A stretch of 64,000 nucleotides of DNA from Eledone cirrhosa (lineage: Eukaryota). Made by a program: the position numbers and the translations under genes. Below, piece after piece: positions 62,801 through 64,000 of the stretch. The notes under the pieces are model-generated. The model had not been told where the DNA came from. It worked only from the letters and a program-made list of their open reading frames with translations, and made no database searches. Numbering within the stretch: position 1 is the first letter of the stretch; every line of letters begins with the position of its first letter. The DNA is taken from contig CAXHJY010001738.1 of the NCBI GenBank assembly GCA_964016885.1, forward strand, positions 310,001 through 374,000, given 5' to 3'.

Positions 62801-64000
62801 GGTGCCCGGGTTTGCAGACGGTGGTGCCAGGGTTTGCAGACGGTGGTGCCAGGGTTTGCAGACGGTGGTGCCAGGGTTCGCGGACGCTGGTGCCAGGGTT
62901 TGCAGACGGTGGTGTCCGGGTTTGCAGACGGTGGTGCCAGGGTTCGCAGACGCTGGTGCCAGTGTTTGCAGACGGTGGTGCCAGGGTTCGCGGACGCTGG
63001 TGCCAGGGTTTGCAGACGGTGGTGCCCGGGTTTGCAGACGGTGGTGTCAGGGTTTGCAGACGGTGGTGTCCGGGTTTGCAGACGGTGGTGTCCGGGTTTG
63101 CAGACGGTGGTGCCAGGGTTTGCGGACGGTGGTTCCAGGGTTTGCGGGAGGTGGTGTCCAGGTTTGCAGACGGTGGTGTCCGGTTTTGCAGACGGTGGTG
63201 CCCGGGTTTGCAGACGGTGGTGCGAGGGTTTGCAGACGGTGGTGTCCAGGTTTGCAGACGGTGGTGTCCGGGTTTGCAGACGGTGGTGTCCGGGATTGCA
63301 GACGGTGGTGCCAGGTTTTGCGGGAGGTGGTGTCAGGGTTTGCGGGAGATGGTGCCCGGGTTTGCAGACGGTGGTGCCCGGGTTTGCGGGAGGTGGTGTC
63401 CAGGTTTGCAGACGGTGGTGTCCGGGTTTGCAGACGTTGGTGCCCGGATTTGCAGACGGTGGTGCGAGGGTTTGCAGACGGTGGTGTCCAGGTTTGCAGA
63501 CGGTGGTGTCCGGGTTTGCAGACGGTGGTGTCCGGGTTTGCAGACGGTGGTGCCAGGGTTTGCAGGAGGTGGTGTCCGGGTTTGCAGACGGTGGTGTCCG
63601 GGTTTGCAGACGGTGCTGCCCGGCTTTGCAGACGGTGCTGCCCGGGTTTGCGGGAGATGGTGCCAGGGTTTGCGGGAGATGGTGCTCGGGTTTGCAGACG
63701 GTGGTGTCCGGGTTTGCAGACGGTGGTGTCCGGGTTTGCAGACGGTGGTATCCGGGTTTGCAGACGGTGCTGCCCGGGTTTGCGTGAGATGGTGCCAGGG
63801 TTTGCGGGAGATGGTGCCCGGGTTTGCAGACGGTGGTGTCCGGGTTTGCAGACGGTGGTGTCCGGGTTTGCAGACGGTGGTGTCCGGGTTTGCAGACGGT
63901 GGTGCCAGGGTTTGCGGGAGGTGGTGTCAGGGTTTGCGGGAGATGGTGCCCGGGTTTGCAGAGGGTGGTGCCCGGGTTTGCAGACGGTGGTGACAGGGTT
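53870..64000 (+). repeat. Mosaic higher-order repeats of the same modules, periods ~1.96 kb and ~3.4 kb
   Basis: ORF offsets 1959 (52755/54714), 3455 (54714/58169), 3433 (57597/61030) and 3411 (58169/61580). Each equals n x 22 + 1. Confidence 0.85.

Larger units (their letters stand above)
1..64000 (+). repeat. 22-bp tandem satellite array, consensus GGGTTTGCAGACGGTGGTGYCM, ~2,910 head-to-tail copies, running past both window edges
   Basis: The monomer is visible throughout. The first GGG is at 10 and the last at 63996; 63986 bp plus the net -34 bp of indels I tallied equals 64020 = 2910 x 22. Main variants are unit endings GTCC/GCCC/GCCA/ACCA/GTCA and cores GCAGACGG/GCGGGAGG/GCGGGAGA/GAAGACGG. 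The GTCC unit has 10 G, 6 T, 4 C and 2 A. Confidence 0.99.

Noticed and set aside
1-64000. Long ORFs (up to 1998 aa) as protein-coding genes
   Set aside because: All frames give the same peptide because the 22-bp unit is stop-free. ORFs overlap in every frame, mostly start at GTG/TTG inside monomers, and end at sporadic variants (TGAAG, TGA, TAG). No unique domain or codon structure is present.
1-64000. CRISPR array
   Set aside because: The repeats are contiguous with no unique spacers, and there is no leader or cas gene in the window.
1-64000. Mobile element, inversion or embedded unique sequence
   Set aside because: The 22-bp phase accounting closes across the window with only small indels, and I saw no reverse-oriented monomers (CAAACCC) or terminal repeats.
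1-64000. Synthetic construct, or pure sequencing-noise concatemer
   Set aside because: Variants are faithfully shared between nested duplications of differing divergence, which fits evolutionary history rather than random error. KpnI, SmaI and NcoI sites are simple monomer variants. Local misassembly of individual blocks is still possible.

Overview
The whole 64 kb window is one uninterrupted, head-to-tail tandem array (satellite/large minisatellite) of a 22-bp G-rich monomer, consensus GGGTTTGCAGACGGTGGTG(T/C)C(C/A), about 2,910 copies, all in the same orientation. I found no unique sequence, gene, RNA gene, transposon or CRISPR spacer. The ORFs in the track are artefacts: the consensus lacks stop codons, and because 22 is not a multiple of 3 every frame gives the same 22-aa pseudo-repeat. 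The informative content is the pattern of variant monomers. It shows a chain of nearly abutting kb-scale tandem duplications on the left (3.19, 6.30, ~4.1, 2.375 and ~3.0 kb), a divergent boundary near 35.2 kb, and a right-hand domain built from shuffled modules (offsets of 550, 616, 1959, 2068, ~3430 and 4952 bp) marked by a recurrent +1 bp out-of-register junction. Monomer length is very strongly conserved (about 10 independent indel events). The organism and chromosomal location cannot be determined from this window. A telomere-like or subtelomeric, recombination-maintained array is a testable hypothesis, not an established fact. All comparisons were made by eye and from ORF-track offsets, so block boundaries are approximate.
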